In this document: in pieces, positions 12,424 to 23,261 of the stretch
Position numbering within the stretch: position 1 is the stretch's first letter
Layout: every line of letters begins with the position of its first letter
From: Octopus vulgaris
Lineage: Eukaryota
Direction of reading: 5' to 3'
Length of the DNA stretch: 64,000 nt
Assembly: GCA_951406725.2 (NCBI GenBank)
Contig: OX597819.1
Coordinates: 124,124,001 to 124,188,000 of the forward strand
Program-made: the position numbers and the translations under genes
Notes under the pieces: model-generated
The model's database searches: none
Told to the model about the DNA's origin: nothing
What the model saw: only the letters and a program-made list of their open reading frames with translations

Positions 12424-12643
12424 CCCTTTCGTTACCAACTCAGCTGAAACCGGCTCTGGTTCTGAGTACAAATGTCTTGTTTTCATGAGTTCTGAACTAA
12501 AATCTTCCACCAAACCTTAGTCAAAATTTATGTTCCTAACACCAGCTTAATGATAACTGGGTTATTTTACTAAATTCTTTGTTGTATTTAAAGTAATTGA
12601 AAGAAACACAGAGCATCTCAAAATAAATACAGTAACGAAAGGG
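12424..12643 (-). mobile_element. MITE P1
   Basis: TTAA TSDs, CCCTTTCGTTAC/GTAACGAAAGGG TIR. Confidence 0.88.
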
Positions 12644-12679
12644 TTAAAGTGACATAAATGATAATCTTCCTTCAAAATT

Positions 12680-12910
12680 TCATTTAGCATTTAAACTAGC
12701 CACACCTGGTCCAAATATTCTACCTGTTTTATGCTCAAAATGGCCAGTTCTGGCTTCTCACACCTAGCCTACAATGTCCTTCTAAAAATAAACAGTTGCA
12801 TCATTGAAATCTCAAAGCTACAGGACAGCACATAATTAATTCAAACACACAATTAATACAAAGACTACGTGAATAAATAAGCATTACATTAGATAGAGAA
12901 ATGTGAAGGG
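12680..12910 (-). mobile_element. MITE P2, degenerate
   Basis: Reverse-complement homology to 6257-6477, ending aaggg-ttaa. Confidence 0.65.
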
Positions 12911-14030
12911 TTAATTTATGCTCCAAATTCCAGTTATTTTTACTAAATATGTCGTTATTGACAAAATTAATTAAAACAAATGTAGTGTATTTTAACAGTG
13001 TAACAAAAGAATTGAGTTTTTCTTATTGGAAGTTGGAAAAAAAATATGGTTGGCTGGATATTTTGCAGACACAGATATTCAGAGACTGTTTTTGTATTCA
13101 AATCTCATCTGTACAGTTAATAGGTATCAGTATTATATTGAAAGAATTCAAATAGCTGTACATGCTTATACACACCTTTCATACAAGAATTATTATAAGC
13201 TGGCAAAATTCACAGACTAAATGCCTGGAGTACGTAGTTTTACATTCTGATTTCATCTTTCCAAGCTTAATACAATTAACTACATTTCTGTTACAAAAAT
13301 TAGCCCTATGTTGGTTCTGAAAAAATTCTTTTTTCCACATACACCTTGAAAATATATTAAGTCGCTGGGATACTACCAAAGACCTTTCTTTACGTTAAAG
13401 AAAAGAAGAAAATGATGAATCGAAACAATCATATTTTGTCAATGACAATGAAGGTGAAGTAAAATAAATCTCCAATTGAAACTCAAAACCAGATTGTAGA
13501 CTTGACTTAGCAAGAAGCATCTCTTCTCTACACCACTCACGATTTACAAATAGCTGAGAAATTTAGGAAAACCATTGCAAATTTAACTACAAAGCATAGA
13601 GTAATTGCAAAAACTTATTTGACATTTAAACAAGTAAAGTTGTTGAACAGAGATTTTATTAATTTTTTTTAATGAAGTGATACAAACGGCAGGTCGAGTC
13701 CATAGCAATTATTGTCGTATGAAAAGGTCAAATATTGATTATGCTTACTTTCCTTTCAAACAGCTATCAATTAGGCTTTAATAGAATCATTCGAGACTAA
13801 ATAGCCACGTACGAAAGTTGTAGAGGTCAGAAGCAGATGAGCATCTATTTGGAGTCAAAATGGTGACGAATGTAGAGAAAATAAAGATCTTCTGCTCCAG
13901 ATAGGTGCAGAAAATATATACACACCAATACAAACAAGCTATTTTTCTTTATTTTCTTTAGTTGAAACAATTGACATCTCTCAGATATCATTTAATTATA
14001 ATAGGACAGAATCAACAATTTATTAAATTA

Positions 14031-14165
14031 CTGTAGTCCCCCCGGTATTCATGGGGGTGACGCTCCTAGAGCACCTGCGAATAGTAAAATACTACAAATA
14101 TTGGACGTGGTCCATAAAAATGCCTAACATAAAATATTATATGCATGCACTAGCATATAACCCAG
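14031..14165. mobile_element. Tigger-like terminal inverted repeat or MITE end
   Basis: ta-ctgtagtccccccggtattcatggggg resembles Tigger TIRs (CAGTAGTCCCCCCTTATCCGCGG); partner end not found. Confidence 0.45.
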
Positions 14166-14199
<34 letters not shown>

Positions 14200-14203
<4 letters not shown>

Positions 14204-14492
14204 CGTGATCACTGTGACCACGCTATCAGATGTTGCTACACATCGCTGGTCACAATGCGCTTTGCATTGTTTTAGCCTTCAAATGACGCCACCCCGCTGG
14301 CTAAGCAAGCAGGCCAACAGAAGAAAGAGTGAGAGAAAGTTGTGGCGAAAGAGTACAGCAGGGATCTCCACCACTCCCTGCCGGAGCCTCATAAAGATTT
14401 AGATGTTTTCACTCACAACGCCCTGTCTGGGAATCGAAACCGCGATCCTACAACCACGAGTTCACTGCCCTAACCACTGGGCCGCGCCTCCA
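14200..14492 (-). mobile_element. SINE family C (tRNA-like head)
   Basis: Minus strand ggcccagtggttagggcag...ggtttcgattccc; body shared with 45370 and 49664. Confidence 0.8.
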
Positions 14493-14635
14493 CACACATA
14501 TATATATAATATTTAATAATAATTTAATAAAAAATAAAGTAAAATGTACAGTTACTTAACCAATAATGAATGATATTGATTTAAGATGATGATGGAAATA
14601 TTTAAGGTAATGACTGCAGAGCAAAGAAGATTTAA

Positions 14636-15752
14636 CCCCTTAATGGATCAATTATTTTGACATGGCATTTCATTTCAGAGCATATTTTTTTTAATTTCCT
14701 TTTTTAATTATATACACTGTGTTAATTACAAAAAAAAAGTTTTTTATCTTGTTTCCTTTATTTTTTATTATAGAAATTAAAATGTACTTTTACTCATTTG
14801 GATTTAAACGAGTTAACTCGGACATTGAAGAAATACATATAACTTAACTATCTTCGATATTTTTATAAGATGTATTGCTTTTAAATCAAAGGAAAATTTT
14901 TTAAAAAATGAGATAGACAGTTTATTTAGAATGATAATTTTTAAAACAAGCAGTTACACACAAAGTTATCTTGCAGACATCACACATGTATTTGCTTTCT
15001 CTTTGAATCGGATGAGCAATTGATTTCGTGCCATGCACGTGCATCTATCTGATTATCTTCTTTGTCATCTTGTGAAAAATTGTCAGAGTCTGAACTCCAT
15101 GTGTCTAATTCATCCCCAGAACTTTCCAGATCGTGAAATGAAAAATCGCTTTCGTGATCACTGAACATGTCTAAATCTTCATTTTGAGGGAAAAAATGCG
15201 TAAATAATTCTCTTATTTGTATAAATAAGAGAATGAAAACGAGACGGTTCTAAAATGTCATCAACCTCCTTCTGAATCTGAGAATGCACTGAAGACAAAG
15301 TTCAAAACTCAGAGGCATAAATTCTTTGAAATGGTGCCAGAATATGTGCTGCCAGGCAAACGACAACGCGAGTAATTTCGTGATTGCTCAAAAATGAAAT
15401 GACACAAAACAAAATAATCTCGTTTGAGTGCTAAAATTAACCCTTTAGTGTTCGCATTATTCTGCCAAAATTAATCCTTTTTTATCCACATTGCCTTGAA
15501 CTAATCAGGCATTATCTTGGTGCTATGAGATTTTGATGAGGTAGCTGTTAATTTTTAAAACGACATTGTAGGGTCAGTGTGAGAGACCAGATCTGGCCAG
15601 TTTGACCATAAAACAAGCAGAATACTTTTGGCCGGATATGGCCGGTTTAAATGCTAAAGAGTTAAAAGTTCATTTTGACCGAGTATACTCGTCTGGTTCT
15701 AAAAAGATACATTTGCGATGCATGAGTAAACTCGGGATAATCCATTAAGGGG
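14636..15752 (-). mobile_element. Internally deleted piggyBac element
   Basis: TTAA at 14632-14635 and 15753-15756; 13-bp TIR CCCCTTAATGGAT/ATCCATTAAGGGG; acidic ORF 14980-15168 (MFSDHESDFS...DARAW) like a piggyBac transposase N-terminus. Confidence 0.8.
15441..15661 (+). mobile_element. MITE P2 nested in the deleted piggyBac
   Basis: TTAA TSDs; homologous to 6257-6477. Confidence 0.87.
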
Positions 15753-16115
15753 TTAAAGCTGTTCAGGAGACATATCTTCTTCAGGTGTTTTAGGGGATGT
15801 TGTATCTTCCTGCAAGGCTTTCTTCAACCAAAAAGTAAGATTAGTTGAAAAATTCAGCTCACTATGAACTTTTTTACTCATAATCTACCGTAGCAACCAA
15901 TAATAATACTGATTTACTGTAATATTCAGTTCCTGTTTCTAATTTTAGAGGACCAATGCCATATCCTACTGCAAACTCAAGCAAAATACACATAAGGTTA
16001 TTTCTTATATTTCAATTCTAAACTCCTCTTTCTCAGAGTAAAATAATTTATTTCACTTTGTAACACTTTTGTAGTTACAATTTTCTTTAGATTCTACTTA
16101 ATAATTATACTCACA

Positions 16116-16491
16116 CTAGCACTATGACCCAGCAACGCCTGGTCATAGTGCTAGTACATACATATACAGCTGCATGCGTGTGCACATACACATGAGTACT
16201 GTCCAAATCTCCGACCAATCACATACAGCTAGCTGGCATTCAATTGGTGTATCAAGTTTCAGCCATTTTGATTGGGTTTTGGATTGAAAATTCACAAAAA
16301 AGTCACTTCTATTGATTTTTTAATGGCTTTGCTGGGTGACTGGAGAAATGTAAAGATGTACATGACCACCCTTGGATGGTTTTGAATGACCATAGAAAGT
16401 GCGAGCCCTCTAACTGAAAAATTGTGGATTTGTATAAAGGATACACACACACACACACACAGACATTTTGCAGTTTATATATATAGAGAGA
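16116..16491 (-). mobile_element. Non-autonomous Helitron
   Basis: Same termini and body as 9391-9760. Confidence 0.82.
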
Positions 16492-16497
16492 TATACA

Positions 16498-16720
16498 GAG
16501 CCTGTCGTATATATGTATGTGTGTTTGTGTGTCTGTGTTTGTCCCCCTAGCATTGCTTGACAACCGATGCTGGTGTGTTTACGTCCCCCGTCACTTAGCA
16601 GTTCGGCAAAAAGAGACCGATAGAATAAGTACTGGGCTTACAAAGAATAAGTCCCGGGGTCGATTTGCTCGACTAAAGGCGGTGCTCCAGCATGGCCGCA
16701 GTCAAATGACTGAAACAAGA
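16498..16720 (+). mobile_element. SINE family B, 3' half
   Basis: Homologous to about 55930-56168. Confidence 0.8.
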
Positions 16721-17369
16721 GATGTAAAGTTGAGAAAAAAATGAAATAATTCTAATGCTAAATATGAAAATAATAAAAAGTAAGCAACAGAGTAACAACC
16801 ATTTTCTCCTCAGTTAAAAATAATCCAAAGATTTTCATGTGATTTTAAAAGATTTTTGTAAAATTGAATGCTTGTTTATTAGTTGTTCACTGCAGTATAT
16901 CTATGGTGTACACCTTTCTTAATAATGGCAAGGACTTTACTGGGAATAGGACTATTTTACACAGAATGGTGTGAGAAAAGCAATCGTTTCTCTTTAGACC
17001 AGCATTAAAAAAAAAAGAATTACAAAGAAAACATCAAAGAATGGACCAGAAACTTCCGGCTGAATGCACAATCACAGCCAGAGCCAACGAGAAAGATGGT
17101 GCTTATATGTCCATGGTCCCCAACTTTCAATACTGAGGGTGGGAATAGACAAGACAAACAAAGAGATACCAATGAGGTATGAAACATGTGATTTCATTCA
17201 GGTCAACAAGTACATTTAGTTACTCCCATGCCAAAACACAATCACCATACAGAGCAAGGAGACAATGCTCTATTCAGTGCACAAACAACATTCACTTTAT
17301 TGGAGGTCTTTCACGTGGAGTAAACAGTATACTTTTGGGGTAGTTGCTGCCTAACAGATCGGCATTGAG

Positions 17370-18100
17370 CTTGATCATTTCTTCGTGGTGTGTATCACGG
17401 TCACTACTTATATTCTTTGCACTTCAACTTCAATTCCCACCATCCATACAGTGTAAAGAGAGGAATTGCTCAGTGCCCAAAACATCGGGCAAAGAATATA
17501 AGTAGTGATCGTGATACCCACCACAAAGAAATGATCAAGCTCAGTAACAGTTTATTAAGCAACAACTACCCCCAAAAGTATATACTACCCACTCCAATTA
17601 TGGAGGAGAGAGAGGATGAGGCCAATATACTGTCTGGACCTATGTGAAAAGCCTCTCCGAAAAGATACAAAAGATATGCAGCTCATATGACATCAGGACA
17701 GTATTCAAGAGTAATACAACACTTTGCAAATATCTCCTTTGAGTAAAACCACCAATAGAAGAGAATATGACCAAAGACTGTGTGTACTCCATCCCATGCA
17801 GCTGTGGTAGGTTACACAAAGGCAAAACAGGTTGCCCCCTCAAAATAAGGGTAGAGGAACATCGCAAAGCTGTGGCACAAAGGGATATTGATAAATCAGG
17901 TATAGCTGATCATGTATGGAAAAACGGAGACCACCTCCCCCTGCGGGATGAAGTTAAAATAATAGACAGAGAAAACTACTGGAAATTATGAAAACGGAAA
18001 GAAGCAGCAGCAGATATGCTAGGACACAACAACCTCCTAAGCAGACTGAGTGCAGATGTGAGCAGCATATGGGAACCAGTATTAAGGAAGGATAGAAAAT
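17370..18100 (+). mobile_element. Penelope-like element remnant (RT linker plus GIY-YIG endonuclease)
   Basis: NFNSHHPYSVKRGI; CVYSIPCSCGRLHKGKTGCPLKIRVEEHRK...SGIADHVW matches the PLE GIY-YIG pattern VYxIxCxCxxxYxGxTxRxLxxRxxEH; frameshifts present. Confidence 0.85.
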
Positions 18101-18142
18101 ATTAGATTTATAAGCCCTAAAATTCACTCCATAATTGTTCAC

Positions 18143-18366
18143 AGGCATATGGCATAGTGGTTAAGAGCGCAGGCTACTAACCCTAAGATTCCAAGTTCGA
18201 TTTCAAACAGTGACCTGAACAACAACAATAATGATAATAATGAACCCAGGTTCGAAATTCCCCTCAAGACACTTGAAGAAGGCTGGGGGGGGGGTATCAG
18301 TCAAAACATTGTGTTAACAACAAACAAGATGATCTGTCGAATGTAAATAATGTACATAATTCCTCA
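18143..18366 (+). mobile_element. tRNA-headed SINE-like element containing a degenerate hammerhead ribozyme fold
   Basis: A-box tggcatagtggttaag, B-box agttcgatttc, (aac/aat)n spacer, then GACAC-TTGAAGA-A-GGCTG..CAGTC-AAAAC-ATT-GTGTT. Confidence 0.6.
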
Positions 18367-18600
18367 CTTCTTAAATATCAAACTGTATTGCACTCTTAAC
18401 TGTTTAATGAGGTTTTCAAAGTAATAAGGGCCAAAAACATTTTTATATATTTGAGTATCTTTGGTTCTTGCACATTTGATATCTTTAGCTATTTTGGAAT
18501 CAAAACATGCATTCTGAATTAGTCCAGGTAAATGATCCATAAATCTCACAGGTGAGTTATGTTCTGTAATGAAACAGCACTGCTGCCAAAAGTCGGTCAG
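18367..18600 (-). mobile_element. hAT-type transposase fragment
   Basis: FITEHNSPVRFMDHL...FDSKIAKDIKCARTK...NVFGP...YSLI resembles the hAT region preceding the first catalytic Asp. Confidence 0.7.
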
Positions 18601-19289
18601 TCTTCCACTTTTGTTTAATTCTTTCCTTTGGCAGAGTTAAACCTAAGTCAATCTCATCCCAGCTTTTATCATTTGTATTCTTGCTCATCTTGAAGCTTAT
18701 AAATCACTTGTAATTGATAAAAATTTAACGAGATAGTAAGGAAGCACTTGTCATTTATGTATAAAACATGCTACTGACTGGCATTAGAGGTGGCAAAGCA
18801 GCAATATTGGATGGTACAGACAATATATGTATTGAACACATTCTAAACCAATTAGCTACCAATTAGCTATAAACTGCCTCATTATAAAATGTCGCAAGAT
18901 ATATTTTGATATAAAATAGTTAGTCCAACAGTAATGTAAAGTATTTATTTTTACATTGTTCACTTACATATGCTGTAAACTTATTTTTTGCAGAGATGAG
19001 ATGTACTTGCATAGCGAGTGACTTGATCTGAGATCGTGTGCTGGAATGAAAACAGTTGCAGCGTGGAAGGTGTTTATAAGCCATTTAAGAAACACACAAA
19101 AACTGTTAGATTCACTTCAACATTTAATTTGTCAAAATATTTTCGTCGTTTTGAGACCGCGATCTGTCCACTGACAAAACTTCGTGCTGAGTTATTTTTT
19201 ACATAAAGCAAAAAAATTTGAAAAAAAAGTAGCAAATTACTGTAGTGTATTAACCACACACCAAAAGTACCAAATTTGGTGCAATAGTA

Positions 19290-20600
19290 CCTGGTTCAGC
19301 AAGCCTGGTGCCTATATGTTATGTGTACCACTCTGAAAACCTAAAGAGCATTCTAGGATTGCACATACTTTGATCTACCTCTGGTTTCACATTCAAGTAA
19401 AAAGACATGGATTACCAAGAGCAAGAGCCTTTTCAAAGATTAGTTACAAACATTTTTTGTCCTTCGGTATACAAGGTACAGTGCCAGACATATTTCCAAC
19501 AATGAACCAAGACAAACAGTGAACTTAGATAACCTTTTTGATAATGTGAGAGTCAGAATATATCCCCAAGAACACGCCAGCCAATAGATCAAGACTTATT
19601 ATGAGAACTTTCAAACAACATATGAAAGCAATTAACAAGGAGGATAAACCTACAGCTAGAGAGATTCCTAGAAGAAATTCATTATAATGGATGTTGTGGA
19701 TAATCTAGCTGAATCATGGGGTGGGTGAAACCTTCAACCTTCAATAGTGCTTGGGAAAGTAAATGGTCAGACTGTATCCATGGCATTACAAGTTTTCTTC
19801 AAGCAGAAAGTCTATGTGAATTTCAGAAAGATATTGTGACACTTGCAAGGGATATAGGAGGATTTGAGAGAAGTTCCACCTGCACCACTTAAACTGACGA
19901 CAAAAATTACTATGAAAAGGTTGGTTAATTACAAAGGAAGGTCTGCAGGCCTTTGCTGATAATGATCCTCATCATGAATCATCATCATCGTTTAACATCC
20001 GTTTTCCGTGCTAGCATGGGTTGGACGGTTTGACCGGGGTCTGGGAAGCCAGGAGGCTGCACCCGGCTCCACTCTGATCTGGCAGTGTTTCTACAGCTGG
20101 ATGCCCTTCCTAACACCAACCACTCCATGAGTGTAGTGGGTGCTTTTATGTGCCACCAGCACAGGTGCCAGGGGAGGCTGGCAATGACCACGATCGGTTG
20201 GTACTTTTTACATGCCACCGGCACAGGTGCTAGGGTAGGCTGGCAACGGCCACAATCGGTTGGTGCTTTTTATGTGCCACCAGCACGGAAGCCAGTCATG
20301 GTGGCGCTGGCATCGACCACGTACAGATGGTGCTTTTTACGTGCCAGGGTAGGCTGGCAACGGCCACGAATGGTTGGTGCTTTCTTCGTACGGAATGCAG
20401 CATAAAAATTACAAGAGGAGTTTATAATGAGCTCAGTTCCTATACTGAGCTGTACAAAGAGAGATGATGTGTTATAAACAACAAACAACTCAGAATAAGT
20501 TCTTCATCCCTCAAGCTGATGTTGGTGATAATGAACTGTAAGATAGTAAAAATTGTTCCTCATCCTCCTAGTAATGCTCATTCTACCAGCATTCCTCACA
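19290..20600 (+). mobile_element. Tigger/pogo (DDE_1) transposase remnant
   Basis: Degenerate YHSEN.RAF, S.KK.WIT, L.DN and QP.DQ motifs across frames; split by the RTE 3'-end insertion; the part after 20390 is less certain. Confidence 0.6.
19972..20387 (-). mobile_element. RTE 3'-end element, subfamily II, inserted in a Tigger remnant
   Basis: (cat)n tail, conserved 3' core, repeated ggtgctttttacgtgcc units. Confidence 0.85.
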
Positions 20601-20920
20601 CAGTTCTCAACATCTTTTGTGCTAAGAATGTACTCTTACAATATTTTGATTCTTATTGATTCTCCAACTCATTCCACTTGAAGTGTTTTGGCTTTTATGT
20701 AATCTATATCATACCGTGTAAGTTTAGAAATTATTTTCATGTATAAAGGTGAGTGTGTTGCTTGTTCTCTATTGCTTACCTGCGCTTTTTTTTTTTGTCT
20801 TTTGAAAGAGTCCATAACAATGCAATCTCATTTGATAATAGGAAAATTAACTTTGCACTATGAAATTTCACATTAGAAACAGATTTTCAGAAATATACTA
20901 CATCCGTAAAGCGAGAGATG

Positions 20921-20970
<50 letters not shown>

Positions 20971-21194
20971 TAAATCAAAAAATAAAAATAACAAAACAAA
21001 AATCAAAAGGATGTACCCATGGAATAATATATCAGGTTGACACTCAGTATAAGATGGGGAAAAAGAGAGAGTGTATATTTCAGGCATTGCTCTTCATCAG
21101 GAAGAGCAGAGGAATAAGGTCCAGAGAGAAGGGAAAAAGAAGTGCATGAAAAGCACGTGGCTACGAAGCGCCTCTGTGTGTGTGTGTATACATA

Positions 21195-21575
21195 TACTCT
21201 TTTACTTGTTTCAGTCAGTTGACTGCGGCCATGCTGGAGCACCGCCTTTAGTCGAGCAAATCGACCCCGGGAATTATTCTTTTGTAAGCCTAGTACTTAT
21301 TCTATCGGTCTCTTTTGCCGAACCGCTCAGTGACGGGGACGTAAACACACCAGCATCGGTTGTCAAGCAATGCTAGGGGGACAAAAACAGACACACAAAC
21401 ACATACACATACATATATATATATATATATACATATATACCAAATCCACTCACAAGGCTTTGGTCGGCCCAAGGCTATAGTAGAAGACACTTGCCCAAGG
21501 TGCCACGCAGTGGGACTGAACCCGGAACCATGCGGTTGGTAAGCAAGCTACTTACCACACAGCCACTCCTGCGCC
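21195..21575 (-). mobile_element. SINE family B (tRNA head, CORE-like ccttgggcaagt, internal (TA/TG)n, (gtaaaaga)n tail)
   Basis: A-box tggctgtgtggt and B-box ggttcagtccc; multiple full copies in the window. Confidence 0.85.
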
Positions 21576-22471
21576 TATATGTATATAATGTGTGTATATA
21601 CATATATATGCGTGTGTGTATGTATATATAAAACAAGGTTATTTTATTCCATGCAGGTAAGAAATATCAACAAAAAAGAAGTTGAATATGCACGGGAATT
21701 CATTTAGATTTTTTTTTTTTTTTGAATTTTCAAAGACTTAACTGGTTCCACAGATTTCTCTTATTTTCCAAAAGCTGAGACAAACAGACCCCTATGCCGA
21801 AACAAAAAGACCCCTATGCTAAAACTGTCTTGCGCGCGCGCGCGTACCTACATTTGAAATTTAACCGAGTTCTAACAAAGAAACAAACTATCCCAAAGTT
21901 TTTGTCTTCGTTTGAGCTATTTTCCAACTTCTTTCTGCAGCAATTACTAAACTTTCCTTTTTATAATTCAGATCAACAAACGTAGACAAGAAAGGTGTGT
22001 TGACTTAGTAAATTCCCAGTTAATCTTTGTAGCAATGCAAATATTATCCAGTGGAGTGCTGCTCGTATGGCTTGGTGTAAGGCGGTAGAACTGGGTGAAT
22101 GTAAATAATTGAAAAATAGTCAGCTGAACGTATAACAACTTACAACACTTGAAACGTGATGAGAGTAAGAACAAAAAAAAAAAAAAACGGTAAACCTAGG
22201 ACAGAGCAGCCTTGAATTCTCTGCTTCTTCAAGTATTACACATCGAGTTAGCGAGACAGCCTCTGTGTGGTCGGTCGCTCGATCTGCTGGAAATAGCAGC
22301 TCGTGTTTGGATCAAAAACCATCCGGAAGCTATCATGCGCTTTTTACTCAAACGAAATAAATAATAAAAGAACTCCGTTTAAACGACAAACGGACCTGGA
22401 CAGACAATAATAATGTTCAAGCGAAAAACCTTCGGAGAAATGTGTTACGTAGGTGCATTTATAAATAATTT

Positions 22472-22744
22472 ATAATGTTTGTTTATATATATATATAATG
22501 TTTATATATATACATACATACACACACACATATATATAATGTTTATATATATATATATATACACACATATAAATAATGTTTTATATATATATATATATAC
22601 ATACACACATATAAATAATGTTTATATATATATATACATACACATATAAATAATGTTTATATATATATATATACATACACATATAAATAATGTTTATATA
22701 TATATATATATACATACACACATATATATATATAATGTTTATAT

Positions 22745-22775
<31 letters not shown>

Positions 22776-22807
22776 TATATATACATACATATATATAATG
22801 TTTATAT

Positions 22808-22838
<31 letters not shown>

Positions 22839-22960
22839 TATATATATATATACACACACACATATAATGTTTATATATATATATACATACATACACACAC
22901 ACACATATATAATGTTTATATATATATACATACACACACACACACATATACATATATATA
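22472..22960. repeat. Compound minisatellite [aatgttt(at)n(acat/ac)n]
   Basis: About 14 recurrences of atgttt separated by variable TA/CA runs. Confidence 0.9.
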
Positions 22961-23261
22961 AAGCGCTGTGGCGTATTACAATTACAGCACATAGTAACAG
23001 TTTGCAAAGTTTTTTTCATCTTCAATTAAAACTATATTTATAGGTGTATATATGGAGACACAAACACACAAACAAACACGACAAATACACCACATATGCA
23101 TGGATATGTAATAAGGAGTTATTTGAACATATCAAAAAAATAAAAATTATTATTTAGAAATCGAACTCAATTCACATAATCGTCATTAAGAAAATTAGAA
23201 CAATCGAAATAAATGACGACTTCCACAAAACCCGTCGATCTATTATTATTGGTTTGCTTAC

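Noticed and set aside
13450-13760. Possible Tigger N-terminal HTH remnant
   Set aside because: Too degenerate to support by eye.
19128-19178. Hammerhead-like topology TTGTCA...GAAAATATTT-TGACAA on the minus strand
   Set aside because: The core reads GTGGACA rather than CUGANGA and stem II is mismatched; cannot be supported without a family consensus.
23167-23261. C-terminal VVIYFDCSNF as the start of an alpha-crystallin domain
   Set aside because: Only a vague resemblance, a stop follows within a few codons, and it lies beyond a strong splice donor, so it is probably intronic.
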